From NCBI RefSeq assembly GCF_018350175.1, contig NC_058368.1, positions 216,630,001 through 216,694,000 on the forward strand: DNA of 64,000 nt, given 5' to 3'. Numbering within the stretch: position 1 is the first letter of the stretch; each line of letters starts with the position of its first letter. This stretch comes from Felis catus. Lineage: Eukaryota. Positions 25,291 to 38,666 of the stretch are shown here, one piece after another. The position numbers and the translations under genes are program-made. The notes under the pieces are model-generated. The model was not told where the DNA came from. It saw nothing but the letters and a program-made list of their open reading frames with translations, and ran no database searches.

Positions 25291-25445
25291 AATTCTTTTA
25301 ATTCACTGATCCCCTTGGCTTTCTTTCCTTATTTTCTCTTCTTAAATATTGTTCTACCCAACTTCTGACTTTAGTCCTCCACTCTTCTTTTTCTAAGCAA
25401 ATGATGTTTTCAACTACTTATCTTATGGGATTAAATTCCTCATCA

Positions 25446-25512
25446 TTATTTATTTATTTATTTAAATAATTTTTTTTGGTAAATCTTATTTATTTACTTT
25501 GAGAGAGAGAGG
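25446..25512 (-). mobile_element. Can-SINE tail-only fragment
   Basis: (TTTA)n...TTTATTTACTTTGAGAGAGAGAG with no body. Confidence 0.55.
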
Positions 25513-25688
25513 TTAAATTGTTGGATACAAAGAGAAGTCCAATTCTAGAAATATTTCAATGAAAGAGAGAACACTTTTATCCATATCATTTAGATAGAGT
25601 TTGAGGAAGATCGCAAGACTATTTCTTTTGGTTGGTACAGTTAGTATCCTAACAAAATGAATCCTCCTTAAATGAAAAAGTTAGAGTA

Positions 25689-25911
25689 AGGGCACCTGGG
25701 TGGCTCAGTCGGTTGAGCGTCTGACTTCAGCTCAGATCATGATCTCGCGGTTGGTGGGTTCAAGCCCCGCATCAGGCTCTGTGCTGACAGCTCCGAGCCT
25801 GGAGCCTGCTTCTGATTCTGTCTCACTCTCTCTCTCTGACCCTCCCCTGCTCACGCTGTCTCTCTCTGTCTCTCAAAAATAAATAAATGTAAAAAAAAAA
25901 TTTTTTTAAAC
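25689..25911 (+). mobile_element. Can-SINE (feliform type)
   Basis: TSD core AAAAAGTTAGAG on both sides (25675-25686 and 25912-25923). Confidence 0.95.
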
Positions 25912-25972
25912 AAAAAGTTAGAGCAGAAGTACAGCTTATGACTTGATTTCTTCTTTTAACATAATCAAATTA

Positions 25973-26167
25973 TTCTTTTTAATGTTTATTTTTGAGAGAG
26001 AGAGCACGCGAGGGAGAAGCAGAGAGAAAGGGAGACAGAATCTGAAGCAGGATCCAGGCTCTGAGCTCTCAGCAGAGAGCCCAATGAAGGGCTCAAACTC
26101 CTGAACTGTGAGATCATGACCTGAGCTGAAGTCTGTTGCTTAACCAATTGAGTCACCCAGGCACTCC
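25973..26167 (-). mobile_element. Can-SINE (feliform type)
   Basis: TTTAATGTTTATTTTTGAGAGAG...GAGTCACCCAGGCACTCC; degenerate TSD AAC(A/T)TAATCAA. Confidence 0.92.
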
Positions 26168-27388
26168 AAACTTAATCAATTTTAAATGTATACCTCTTAT
26201 ACATTTAACCAACTAAATTCTAATATTATAAGAGAGAAATAAATAATCTGATGATTTAAAAATATGCATTAAAATTAACTGTTTCATCCAGGTGTAAACA
26301 GAAAAATTTATTAAGCTGAAAATACTCTTCAATTTGACCAATGTAATAGTACCTCACCAGACATCAGAATAAATTTTAAACAAGAAAACTTTTGGAAAAT
26401 TTTGTTCACTATCTTAACATGAGTGTTTGAAAAAATGAATACATTCATGATTACACTATAAATTCTAGTGATATTTTAGGCATATTTATGATAATAAGTG
26501 ATTCAGCCTCAATTTTCTGTTACTTTGGAGAAGATATAAATTTAGTCTCTTAGGTCTTCTAAGGACAAAATTATTAAAAACACAAATACACTATTCGTAT
26601 AGCAGTGTTTACAAATTTAAACCTTGTGAATTTTACATACAAATGATCATTTTATCTAGTGTTGAGGGCCACACATTTTTAAAAATTTTGAAACCTATCC
26701 AAATGACTGAATAAGATGACATCCACATAGAATTGTCATGTAAAGTATATGTTCCTAGAGGTTAAGTTCTGCCTTCCTATGGCTGTTTAGACCATTTCCA
26801 TCGAAGAGAACAGAATAAATTGCAGAAGAAAATGTGATGTGACTAAACTGTTTTTATTATGAAAAATCAGGAAGCTTTACAAAAACCAGTCGTCTGGCTC
26901 TTTTCTAAAGTTACAATCTCTAAGCCACATCATTGTTGAACTTTAAATAGGACTTTCCCCTCAGTTGTTTTCCAGCATGGTGTGTGTGAATCTCATACAA
27001 ATGAAAAAACAGTGCCAATTTTTATCACATGAAGGATGAGGCCAAGATTTAGTCCAGGTTTGTTTATTGCCTTATTCATACTAAAAAATAAGTTATTTTT
27101 ACTAAAAGATAATCATTTTACTTTTTCACATGGATACAATCAACACAACATGTATGTATATATCCATATACATACACACACATACAAAGTAAGTCTACTC
27201 CCAGGTAAAAGATTTGCTTTTCACATTAAAAAAAATAAGACTTGCTTAACCTGTTTACCCATAAGAAAGCATAGAATTATTAATTGAGGCATGGTAACTA
27301 TTAAATACATTATGTCTTAAAAGATCATTTAAAAATATATATGTGATTAATATGTATACAAAATTTTTCGATCAATTTGTTTTAAACA

Positions 27389-27610
27389 GGGGCGCCTGGG
27401 TGGCACAGTCGGTTAAGCGTCCGACTTCAGCCAGGTCATGATCTCGTGGTCCGTGAGTTCGAGCCCCGCGTCGGGCTCTGGGCTGATGGCTCAGAGCCTG
27501 GAGCCTGTTTCCGATTCTGTGTCTCCCTCTCTATCTGCCCCTCCCCCGTTCATGCTCAGTCTCTCTCTGTCCCCAAAAAAAAAAAAAAAAAAAAAAAAAC
27601 GTTGAAAAAA
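27389..27610 (+). mobile_element. Very young Can-SINE (SINEC_Fc)
   Basis: TSD AATTTGTTTTAAACA at 27374-27388 and 27611-27625; long pure A-run. Confidence 0.97.
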
Positions 27611-30299
27611 AATTTGTTTTAAACAAAAATCTTGGGATACGATTCTGGAATTAATTTGACAGCAACAATAATAAAAATATCATTTTCTCACCAACTATTT
27701 TGTATGATAAAGATGTGTTTTGTTTGCTACATCATATTAACCAATTATGACTAAAAGTTTGAGAAGTTCTTTAGATCATTTTTATCTCAGCAATGCTAAA
27801 AATAAAAATAAAAAAATATGATACCGTGCCATTTCTTAAAATGTGAGCCTTCTATAAAGTGGTATGCTCTGTCATTATAATAGAGTTTTATCTAATATAG
27901 TGATAAATAGTTAGAGTGAGAAGGTAGACAAAATCTATTGGCCCATTTAACCATTTTCATAACAGCGAATTCAAAATGAACTGCCGTATCGTCCTTAGAA
28001 AAATAAGCAACTTAAATTTTATGTTAAACAAATTGGGATATTTACATAATAGGCTTATGTGACTATAGCAATCTATGAAAAAATAAATAGTAATTATTAA
28101 AGTATTTATATAAAATATATTTATTTGCTTATAATTACAGAATATTTCAACTTTAGTGTTCAATTTCATAAAATACTGCACCATTTTTTAATGACGGAAA
28201 TGAAACCTCCTTGAGTCACCCTATTTGTGTGTATTAGTATGAGCATAAGTCAGATTCATTGCAATCAACTCAATTTACGCACAGGAGCATGTTTCCCAGT
28301 GGCAATTGTGTCTCCACTGGAACTGCAGCCAGGCATACAGATCGGGTGGCTTAAACTTATTTCCAGATACGTCTTCTCGCTTATTTACTCCACTATTGGA
28401 AATTTGGGAGGCCAAAGCAATTCTTGATCATTTCTTCACGATCCTGGAAAAAAATATATCCTTTATTTATTCTCAGCTAATGCCCTTGCCCTCATTTTTT
28501 GAACTTATGAGTTAATTCCAATTCAAAACAAAAAGAAAGCACTCTCTGGAAGAGTTTTAATTATTTCCAAATGCCTCTCTCGCATATAAATGCTAAACTG
28601 TGTGACTTTTCCATTTATGGGCTGTGAGAAATAAACAGCTGGGATAAACAGCAGGCATTTCAAGATATTTTATTTATTTCTCAGCAGAAGTTTAAGCATA
28701 TGTCATAATGATGGCATTTACATCATAATATATGTTGCTTCATACAGCTCTGCAAACCCATCAAAATCTGCGCAAATGACTGTGGAATGGTAGAATAAGA
28801 AGAGTCTATCAAACACACTTCCATCTGCTTCGATTCCAAAAGTTCAACTTTTATTATAAACTAAGCAACTGAAAATCAAAGTTCCGAAAACTTAATTGCA
28901 TTCCTTAAATCCTTAAATCTTAGTTTTAGTTTAACTTTTAGAATGATCTAATATGCCACGACATACACATTTACATTTCCATTCTATTTTTTCTTTCCTC
29001 AAAATCCTGTGGCCTTGGCTTTCTGATATTTAATCAATGATATTTATCACTTTATACAGAAAATATATACTGCTTAAAATCACACGGTCAATATCCTGCT
29101 AACTCCATCATGAAACCATTCTTTTAGAATTTGATTTGGCACAAAAAGGAAAAGAGATTTTTTGAATAATTGTAGTTCTTGTTAGCATATGAAGGACAGG
29201 CCTTGGAGAACTGATCAAGTAATAATATTTTACTAGACCACAGGCAAGAAAGAACTTAAGGTAAGATGTGACCATTATCATATTTTGTTAAAGAGGAAGA
29301 GGACATAGAAAACCTGTCACTTCCGGGTCAGAGAATTGTGGGAAGGGAGAAAGAGATAAATTTTTGCCTATATTTAGATTCTTTGTGACCTGGATGTTTC
29401 ATTCCGTACCAAAATTTTGTAAGGATGAAGGTAAGGTGCTGGGTAGATATGACTCCAAAAACAAAAGGGCTTTGCCATGTTCCATGAAGACCCCTAGAAT
29501 ACAGCCACACCGGAGAGAATGGTCCTGAAACATCTTGTAGTAACAAAGATATGACAATGAGACAAGGATTCTGAGCAGCACTTCCCCTGACTATCCATGA
29601 ACTGTTCGCAGTGTGGAAGAAACCCAGGTTTCATGTGCCCTGATGCCAGGGTGTGAACAAGCTACATGTTTGGGAGTGTTCTAAACATGGCCATTGTATT
29701 AGTGTTAAGTGGCTCTGTTAGACAAGGAAGTCAAGTTCACTGCCAGAACTTTAAGTTAGACATGTAACCCTAGTGAGCCAAAGTAATGTCAAACACACAC
29801 AAGGGCAGTTTCCTAGTATTGTCAAAAGTAGAGACCATGACTTTCTCTGGCATTGCATTCATTGGTAGATGACAAGAGAAGGACAAAATAACTCCATCAC
29901 AGAAATTAACAGCAGTTTCCAACTTGTTCCAAATTTGCTACTCTGGGACCAAGATGGCCAAGGAGAGGATCCTAATACCTTTATCTGTTATGTTATTAGA
30001 ATATTTAATGTTGCCTTCTAAAAACAAAAACAAAAACAAAAAACATCATTGGTAAGAGAATAAAAACATGGCAAGTAAACCTCATATGGAAGATCTTAAT
30101 CTGAGAATCTCTTAGGAAGTTCATTAACTTGAATATGAAAAAAAAGTACTTTCAATTACGTTGAACTAAAATAGAGCATGTCCATCAATTTGTAACATAA
30201 GCAAAAAACTGAATTGTATCATCATACTTTTGATTCAACAATAGAAATCACAGATTTTCATATCACATAGCAGTTATTGAAGATAGACCAAATTATCTT

Positions 30300-30495
30300 T
30301 TTTAAAAATTTTTTTAATGTTTTATTTATTTTTGAAAGACAGAGACAGACAGAACAGGGGAGGGACATACATAGAGAGAGGGAGATAAAGAATTTGAAGC
30401 AGGCTCCAGGCTCCGAGATGTCAGCACAGAGCCCGACACAGGGCTCAAACCCACAGACTGTGAGATCATGACCCGAGCCGACATCAACGCCCAAC
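30300..30495 (-). mobile_element. 5'-truncated Can-SINE
   Basis: TSD AGACCAAAT(T/C)ATCTTTT at 30285-30301 and 30496-30512; lacks the first ~20 nt of the head. Confidence 0.93.
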
Positions 30496-30639
30496 AGACC
30501 AAATCATCTTTTACAGTTATTGTTATTGCAAAAGGAGAGTAATTATTATACCATCTGCTAGCTCCTTCATTGATAAACCCATAATAAATACTTCATTAAT
30601 AAAAACATCTATTGCTATACCACATTTTAATGTTTTCAG

Positions 30640-30785
30640 AATCATATTTCAGTATAATAATTTTGTTCCATAATTCTTTTTATTTTTATTTTATTTATTT
30701 ATAAATGTTATTCTGAAACGGAATCTATAAGGTTTACCACGTTGAAATAGTGGTCCATGGCATGACATAAAGACAGGTAAGTCTA
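30640..30785 (+). mobile_element. hAT-Charlie MER fragment (MER103-like)
   Basis: TTATTCTGAAACGGAATCTATAAGGTTTACCAC...GGTCCATGGCA resembles the MER103-group end. Confidence 0.45.
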
Positions 30786-30999
30786 AGTGACTCTGCAATG
30801 ACTAATTGCTATACGATGGATGCTCAAAAATAGAAAGAATTTAAACCTAACATGACAGAGTTATTACTTAGACATTTAAAGTTATTTTACTTTGTTTGTA
30901 TAAATGTTTATTTTCTCTGCTTTCGGCAGGATTGGGGTCTTGAAAAAATATCATTAAGTCAATTCTAAAAAATAAAGAACCCCTATTTCCTTTTAGATG

Positions 31000-33270
31000 C
31001 AGGCATAACTTATTTTACTGTTCTTTCAGTATTTCGTTGTGCTTCACAATTACTGAATTTTTTACAAATTCAAGGTTGTGGCAAACTCAGGTTGAACAAG
31101 TCGAGTGCATCATTTTTTCCACAGCTTTTCCAACAGACACTCTGCGTCGGTGTCACATTTTGGTAATTCTCACAGTATTTTAATTTTTTTCACTATTAAT
31201 GTATTTGTTATGGATACCTGTGATCAGTGATCTTTGATGTTATATTGTAATTTTGGGGGGGCTCCACGAATTGCACCCATATAAGATGGTGGACTTCATT
31301 GATAAATGTTGTGTTTGTTCCGATGGCTCCACAGACTGGCTGCTCTCCCATCTCTTTCCCTTTCATCAGGCCTCCCCTGTCCCTGAGACACAACCGTATT
31401 GAGCTTCGGCTGATCCATAACCCTACAATGGCCTCAGAGAGTCACACATCTCTCACTTTAAATCAGACGCTAGAAGTGATTAAGCTTAGTGAGAAAGGCG
31501 TGTTGAAAGCTGAGAGAGGCTGAAAACTAGGCTTCTTGTGCCAGTTAGTTAAGCTATGAATGTCAAGGAAAGAAAAACTCTTGAACGAAATTAAAAGTAC
31601 TACTCCACTGAATACATGAATAATAGGAAAGCAAAACAGCCTTATTGCCGATATGGAGAAAGTTTTTGTGGTCTGGATAGAAGGAAGAGTAAACCCATCA
31701 CAATATCCTTTTAAGCCAAAGCCTAATCTGGAGCAAAGCCCTAACTCTCTTTAATTCTATGAAGGCTGAGAGAGGGGAGGAAGCTGCAGAAAATAAGTTT
31801 GAAGCCAGTAGAGGCTGGCCCCTGAGGTCTTAGGAAAGAAGCCATCTCCAAAACATAAAAAAAGCGAGGTTATCCAGAAGATCTACCTAAAATAATTAAT
31901 AAAGATGGCTACACTACACAATAGGTCTTCAGTGTAGACTAAACAGCCTTCTTTTGGAAGAAGATGCCGTCTAGGACTTTGATAGCTGGTGAGGAGCAGT
32001 AAATGCCTGGTTTCAAAGCATCGAAGGACAGGCTGACTCTCTTTTGGGGCTAATGCACCTGGTGACTTGAAATTGAAGCTGATGTTCACGTAGCATTCGG
32101 AAAATCCCAGGGACCTTACGAATTATGCTAAATCTCCTCTGCTATGTCCTACGAATAGAACAAAACCCCGAAGACAGCACCTTTGTTTACAACGTAGTTG
32201 ACTAAATATTTTAACCTGGAGTTGAGAACTACTCAAAAAGAAAAAGATTTCTTTAAAAATATTACTGTTCATTGACAACGTACCTGATCATCCAAGAGCT
32301 CTGATGGAGATGTATGAGATTAATGTTGTTTTTATGCCTGCTAACACGACATCCATTCTGCAGCCATTGATCATGGAGTAATTTTGATTTTCAAGTCTTA
32401 TTACTTAAGAAATATATTTTGTAAGGCACTAGCTGCTATAGACGATGACTCCTCTGATGGATCTGAGCAAAGGAAATTGAAAATCATCTGGAAAGTATTT
32501 GTCATTGTAGACACCATTACAAACAGTCATGATTCGTAGGAAGAGGTCAAAACACCAACATTCGCAAGAGTTTGGAAAAAGTTTATTCTAACCTCCATGG
32601 ATGACTTTGAGGAGACAAAGCCTTCAGTGGAGGAAGTAATTTGCAAGTGTGAGAAATAGAATTGGAAGTGGGCCTGAAGACATGACTGATTGCTAAAATC
32701 TCATGATAAAACATTAATGAGTGAGGAGTCTCTTCTTTTAGATGAGCAAAGAAAATGGTTTCTTGAGATGGAAGCTCCCCCTGGTGAAAATGCAGTGAAG
32801 AAAGTTGACATGACAACAAAGAATTGAGAATATTCCATACCTATAACTGATAATGCAGTGGCAATGTTTGAGAAGATGAACTCCAATAATGAAAGAGATT
32901 CTACTGTGGGTAAAATGCTGTCAAACAGGACTGCGTGCCACAGAGAAATCGTTCGTGAAGGGGCGCATTCGTTGATGGAACAAACTTCAAAAACTATTGT
33001 TTTATTTTAAGAAATTGCCAGAGCCACCCAGCCTTCAGCAACCACCACCCTGATCAATCAGCAGCCATCAACATTGAGACAAAACCCTCTGCCAAAAAAC
33101 GACTATGACTCGCTGGAATTTCAAATGATGGTTAGCATTTTTTTAGTAATAAAGTATTTTTTCTTTCATTTGCATGGTTTCTTTAGATAAAATGCTATTG
33201 CACCCTTTATTGCCATATTCGTTTTTGTAGTGGTCTGAAACCGACGCACAATATCTCCAAGGTATGGTTT
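31000..33270 (+). mobile_element. Near-full-length Tigger1 DNA transposon fossil with disrupted transposase
   Basis: Left end CAGGCATAACTTATTTTA, right end ATATCTCCAAGGTATGG. Transposase from ATG 31428: [78 protein letters not shown]; stops and frameshifts throughout. Confidence 0.95.
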
Positions 33271-33641
33271 CATATACACTAATGGCATTGCGAGAACTAA
33301 CTACATAGCAATCCAGGAAAGTTTCTGTCAACACTTTAATGATCTAAAGTATTTAAAAACCACATTAACATTATTTCCATGAATTGCCATGATAATATTT
33401 ATATAGACTAAACATTTCTCTTTGTCCACAAAATGACCACAAGGAATGGATCCCACTGCTATTACCCATGTGATCCTGGTAGAGGAGAGTTTGGTGCTTG
33501 CCTATTTTCAATGATGCATAAAGCTAAAATATTTTTTAGGTATTTTGAGGTATCTCCTCAGCACCTAAGGAAATTACTTTGATAGGGCATATTTTTAGCA
33601 AGTTGTTATTAATATCTAAGTGCTCGCTGTATGTTAAAACG

Positions 33642-33791
33642 AGCTGCTCAACTGTGATGTGCATAAGAATCCCTTGTTAAAATGCAGATTCTAATTAAGT
33701 GTGCCTGAGATGGAAACTGGGATTCTACACGTTTAATAAGATATCAGGTTATGCTAAGTCTGGTCTGAGAACCACAATTTAAGTAGCAAGA
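33642..33791 (+). mobile_element. MER5-family hAT-Charlie element
   Basis: GTGCATAAGAATC..CTTGTTAAAATGCAGATTCT...GGTCTGAGAACCACAATTTAAGTAGCAAG. Confidence 0.7.
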
Positions 33792-34177
33792 TGTAAAACA
33801 TCATACCAACTACTGAGATGCTACCAAATTTGATAAAACCTGTTGTTTAATTTCAGAAAATTCATAAGCCACAAGGAAATTAGACATAATCGGTCATGGT
33901 AATTTCTCAGAAACAAAGGAGTCACCAATATGTTAAATACAAAACAATTTCAATGATGAGAAATACAATGCAAAGGCTGCTGGAATTAATTAAATTTCTT
34001 CCCAGCTTAAGAACATGATGTGCTTTTTCAAATCTTAAAACACATGTTTAAATAATTTACCTGCACCTGTTTCTCAAACTACTTGTTTAAACATCCAGCA
34101 ACAACAACAATAAAATAAATTCATTCATCTTATGTTAGGTGACGGGGACTGGTAGTGGCCTTATTCATGTGCAAGAG

Positions 34178-34470
34178 AAGGGTTCTATAACCTGTGGTCG
34201 GTGGGCCAACCCCAAACATAGTTTTTGCAAGGACTGTAAGCGTATAATGTTTTTTACATTTTTTAATGGTTGATTTTGCATTTTACCGATGCGTTGAAAT
34301 TGTATGAAATCCAAAATTAAGTATCTATAAATGTATCATCGGCACACAGCCACACCCATTTGGGTCGGCATTATTCATGCCATCGTGCTGCCACAGCAGA
34401 GATGAGCAGTGGCAACAGAGACTACAAAGCATAAAATGTGTATTATCTATAAACTTCGTAAAAGTAGGAA
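34178..34470 (+). mobile_element. MER58B-like hAT-Charlie element
   Basis: TAATGTTTTTTACATTTTTTAATGGTTG...CACAGCCACACCCATTTG...CAGCAGAGATGAGCAGTGGCAACAGAGAC. Confidence 0.75.
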
Positions 34471-34571
34471 AGCCAACCAGGGAAACATCTGTGTGTCTGC
34501 ATTAATTTTTGTTTCTAAGTGTAATTGTCTTGTAAATGTGCATCTTCTGTTTTTTAAAAGAAGGCACTTTT

Positions 34572-34790
34572 GGGGCTCCTGGGTGGCTCAGTCCATTAAG
34601 TGTCGGACTTAGGCTTAGGTCACGATCTCAGGGTTCGTGAGTTGGAGCCCCGTGTCAGGCTCTGTGCTGACAGCTCAGAGCCTGAAACCTGCTTTAGATT
34701 CTGTGTCTCCCTTTCCCTAGGTCCCTCGCCCGCTCACACTTTGTCTCTCTCTCTCAAAAATAAACATTATTTTTTTTTTAATAAATAAAA
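34572..34790 (+). mobile_element. Can-SINE (feliform type)
   Basis: Full head and tail; TSD core AGAAGGCA on both sides. Confidence 0.93.
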
Positions 34791-35614
34791 AAGAGAAGGC
34801 ATTTCTGAATTAGGGAAAGACCATAGGACTTGTAGCCTGAAGTCATATATTTAAGGTCCTAAAGAAGCAACCATTTTCTCTAGACCAGCAGCCCCACCTC
34901 TATTAAGAAGATCACATCACAGGCTGCCGCGGTCTTTTCCTGGCCCAACATATATTTACATATTAAGTTTTTATTTCTGTCTTTGTTTTAATCTATCGAT
35001 TCTGTGATGTTTTAAAAAAAAAGGATTTTGTTATTTGTTAAAACGGTTTCACACATGAGTTTGCTTTCTACCAACCTTGAATTTTTCCTGTTTGAAAGTG
35101 GTTTATTATTTTGGCTTTAGAAGTTTGTTTCTCTTGCATAGTTTAGGAGTTTCAAATAGGTTATTTGTGTAGTCATCTGATCAAAGCTAATGAATTTTTA
35201 TTGCTATAATAAAATAACACAACACAAACTCCGACTTTTAATAAAAACCCCATCTATATCCAGACATAAAATGCAGTGTGTAGCTGAGTTATAATTTTTC
35301 CCTAAAAATATGTGCTAAGATTCATGAAGGAAACCTAAATATATGAAGCGTTTAGATAGTCACATTAGAGGTAGAATTACTTATGCTTAAGGACACTCTT
35401 TCTCGAGGAAAAGTAAAATAAATGGAAATGTTTAGCAGTTTTCCAAACTGCATGGCATTTCATATAAAGAAAACAAACAATTTGAATTCAAAGAACAGTA
35501 AACAGGATCCACATCAGAAAATTGGTTACATAGAAAGGATTCCATATTGGATTAAATAAATAATTCTTCAATAATTCCTAATCTTCGGGAAAGTGTTATA
35601 CACTTTTTCTTCAG

Positions 35615-36022
35615 CTATAATTCCCAGCACTTACTGGCTGGTAGGTTTAGCACGAAAATTTTATCTTTATAAGCCTCAGCTTCCACATGTAGACTAATTA
35701 ATTATCAAAAAGTTTCTTGTGTAGGGGCGCCTGGGTGGCTCAGTCAGTTAAGCGTCCGACTTCGGCTCAGGTCACGATCTCACGGTCCGTGAGTTTGAGC
35801 CCCACGTCGGGCTCTGGGCTGATGGCTCAGAGCCTGGAGCCTGCTTCCGATTCTGTGCCTCCCTCTCTCTCTGCCCCTCCCCCGTTCATGCTCTGTCTCT
35901 CTCTGTCTCAAAAATAAATAAACGTTAAAAAAAAGTTTCTTGTGTATTTATTAAAACAATTTATGAAATATAGTTACTATATCATCAACAATAAATGTTT
36001 GATAAACACTAGTGATTATTAT
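35615..36022 (+). mobile_element. MIR interrupted by a SINE
   Basis: CACTTACTGGCTG...AAGCCTCAGCTTCCACATGTA before the SINE, ATAAATGTTTGATAAAC..GTGATTATT after. Confidence 0.45.
35724..35929 (+). mobile_element. Young Can-SINE (SINEC_Fc)
   Basis: TSD AAAAAGTTTCTTGTGTA at 35707-35723 and 35930-35946. Confidence 0.97.
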
Positions 36023-36219
36023 CAATTTTGGGGTAACAAAATTGACAGGAAAGGGTCAGATTTAGTAGACAACATTTTCTCATATATATTTTTAATAAAA
36101 TCTATAAAGACTTTAGCAATTACAAAGCTTGATAGTATTTGATATTTTGTAACATGTATCCAAGCAAACAAAATTAAGCTACCCTAAAAGGAATAATCTT
36201 ACAAAGGACGCTTCCTGTT

Positions 36220-36757
36220 ATTTTTAACAGCTTTATTAAGATATAACCGTATGCCAAAAACAGGGAACATGTTTGATCCATGTAATTTGATGAAATTGGA
36301 CATATGTATATATCCATAATACCATCACTACAATCAAGGTAACCAGAGTTTCCCTTTGTATTTATTTTATTTAATTAGGGGCGCCTGGGTGGCGCAGTCG
36401 GTTAAGCGTCCGACTCCAGCCAGGTCACGATCTCGCGGTCTGTGAGTTCAAGCCCTGCGTCAGGCTCTGGGCTGATGGCTCAGAGCCTGGAGCCTGTTTC
36501 CGATTCTGTGTCTCCCTCTCTCTCTGCCCCTCCCCTGTTCATGCTCTGTCTCTCTCTGTCCCAAAAATAAATAAATGTTGAAAAAAAAATTTAATTAATT
36601 TGGCGATGTGTGTGGTACGAACACAACATGGATCTACCCTTTTAAAATTTTAAGTGAACAACATCATATGGTTAAAATTAAGCACTATGTTGTACAATAG
36701 ATCTCTAGAACCTATTCATCTTGTGTAACTGAAACTTTAAACTCTAATCCATTCTCA
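36220..36757 (-). mobile_element. L1MA/L1MB-like 3' end, interrupted by a SINE
   Basis: TTTAACAGCTTTATTAAGATATAA...CACTATGTTGTACAATAGATCTCTAGAAC..ATTCATCTTGTGTAACTGAAACTTT. Confidence 0.8.
36378..36588 (+). mobile_element. Very young Can-SINE (SINEC_Fc)
   Basis: TSD ATTTAATTA at 36369-36377 and 36589-36597. Confidence 0.97.
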
Positions 36758-36874
36758 GGGACACATCTTCGCTCAAATAGCCATACGTGTATTTCCATTT
36801 AATCCGTTAAGATGAATATATTCTAGAAGGAAATACTTTACCAGGCAACAGAACCCTTCCTCAGGGGTTATCCA

Positions 36875-37770
36875 TGCCTTTATTTGTCTAACAAAAATTT
36901 ACAGAGCTATTGATATGACGGTCACTTTTATAAAAGCTGATAGTGCAGCAGTCACAAAGCAAAAATGCCCCCCTTTCATGGAACTTGTATTCTAGTGGAG
37001 GGAACTAAGTGAAATAAACTGGAAGAAAATAACCCGGATAATTTCACAGAGTTACAGGAACTACAAACATCACAAAATAGAGGAAAAAGGGAGTAACTGG
37101 AGGTGAGGAAATGACTCACATGAGAAAATTGGTGTGTGGGATAAGCTGCCACACAGGAGTTGGGAGAACAGGAGACACATCTGGCTCCGAGATATCAACA
37201 GGAGTACCCTAGACACGTAAATGAACTATAGAATCATTGCACCGGATGAGATCGTGGAGAGAGGAGAGAACGGATCAGATCGACTTTGCAAAGGTTGGAG
37301 AGGAGGAACCGAGAAGGAGCCCGAAGGAGGCACACCTGTGAGTTAGGAGAAAGCCCATCAGTGAGAATTCTAGGAGTGGCCACTGTTTCTGAGAAGTGGA
37401 AAAAGGCAGACAGCATCGAAGTTTGTGGGATTTTGTAATTGGTAGGTTGAACAGAGAGGTGGGGTCAGAATCTGAATGTTTTGAGAGGAGAATTAGAAAT
37501 GAGCACAAGTGAAAAGGAAGCTTAAAGAACTGTCTGGAAGCTTTGCTGTGAAATGGACAAAGAAATGGGCGTTAGCTGTGACAGAAACGTGGCTTAGTGG
37601 TGGATATCGTACAATATGAGAAAATACTATATGCATATGCTAATAGAATTATTGATTAGCAACAATGATATTCATGATCCAAAAAAAGAGACACTTCCAG
37701 CTGCAAAGTCTGAGAAACTATGAAGTACAGGGTTCTGAACAGAGTTGAGAGATTGGCCTTGCCTATGATC
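36875..37770 (-). mobile_element. L2 fragments
   Basis: AACAAAAATTTACAGAGC...TTCATGGAACTTGTATTCTAGTGG...purine-rich L2 body (AGCTTTGCTGTGAAATGG). Confidence 0.55.
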
Positions 37771-38174
37771 TAAGAAGACAGAAAATGGGTCTGAGTTGAT
37801 AATATGTAGATGCATGTATTTGTCTACCAAAATAATTCCATTTATTTTTTATTATCATTATTTTTGAAGTGTTTCAGACAGACCTATGAGGTAAGAGAAA
37901 GGGATTGTAAACAGCAGGGTATATTAAAGTTCAGGGAAGCATCACTTTGGAGGACAGATACCAGAAAAACAAGGAAATATCTTTAGGAGAATTGAGAATA
38001 TGCATTTGAGACTTTTTATCATGAGTTTAATGTTAACCCAGTCCGTACAGTTGTTTGCCTCTCCAGTGAGATTCAGGTCCTTGGAAACAGGTGGCTACAT
38101 AGGTTGACAGAGGCATTATGTTCTCCCACGAAGTGGAATAAAGGAAGAGAGGGTGGCAAAGTAGTCGTGTTTTA

Positions 38175-38605
38175 TCAAAAAAAAGGCCTTTAAGAGAATA
38201 GAAACTGTAAGAGAGATTTCTCTCAAAGACCACACTGGTGTTAGAGGGCTAGATGACAAAAATGTCATCTGTAACGTAATCCAGAATATAATAATTACAG
38301 GAAGCACTTAATGCACCTAAGACTCTAGAAGACAAAAGAAAAGGGAAGGTTCTGGAACTTGTGACTCAAGAGGGTTTCCCACAAGGCTGGTGCGGGAAGC
38401 AGCGGGAGTGCCCACTAGGATGCAAACCGTTATGTACCGTTGTGGGGCCTGCCTGGGGCTCAGACCTGGAAGGGACTTTCTTCTCCCTTCCTCCTGTTCT
38501 CTACTCTCCCACCAGTACTACCAATTAGTAGAACCTAACTGGCAAATAGTTATCAAGGAAGCTTGGGACACAGAGCGGGCAAACACCCAGCTTCAGTATC
38601 ACATA
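38175..38605 (-). mobile_element. Possible old ERVL LTR (LTR33-like)
   Basis: CTCCCACCAGTACTACCAATTAGTAGAACCTAACTGGCAAATAGTT..CAAGGAAGCTTGGGA resembles the LTR33 group. Confidence 0.4.
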
Positions 38606-38607
38606 GC

Positions 38608-38615
38608 AAAAAAAA

Positions 38616-38662
<47 letters not shown>
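38608..38662. repeat. Poly(A) followed by (TA)n microsatellite
   Basis: Direct read. Confidence 0.95.
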
Positions 38663-38666
<4 letters not shown>

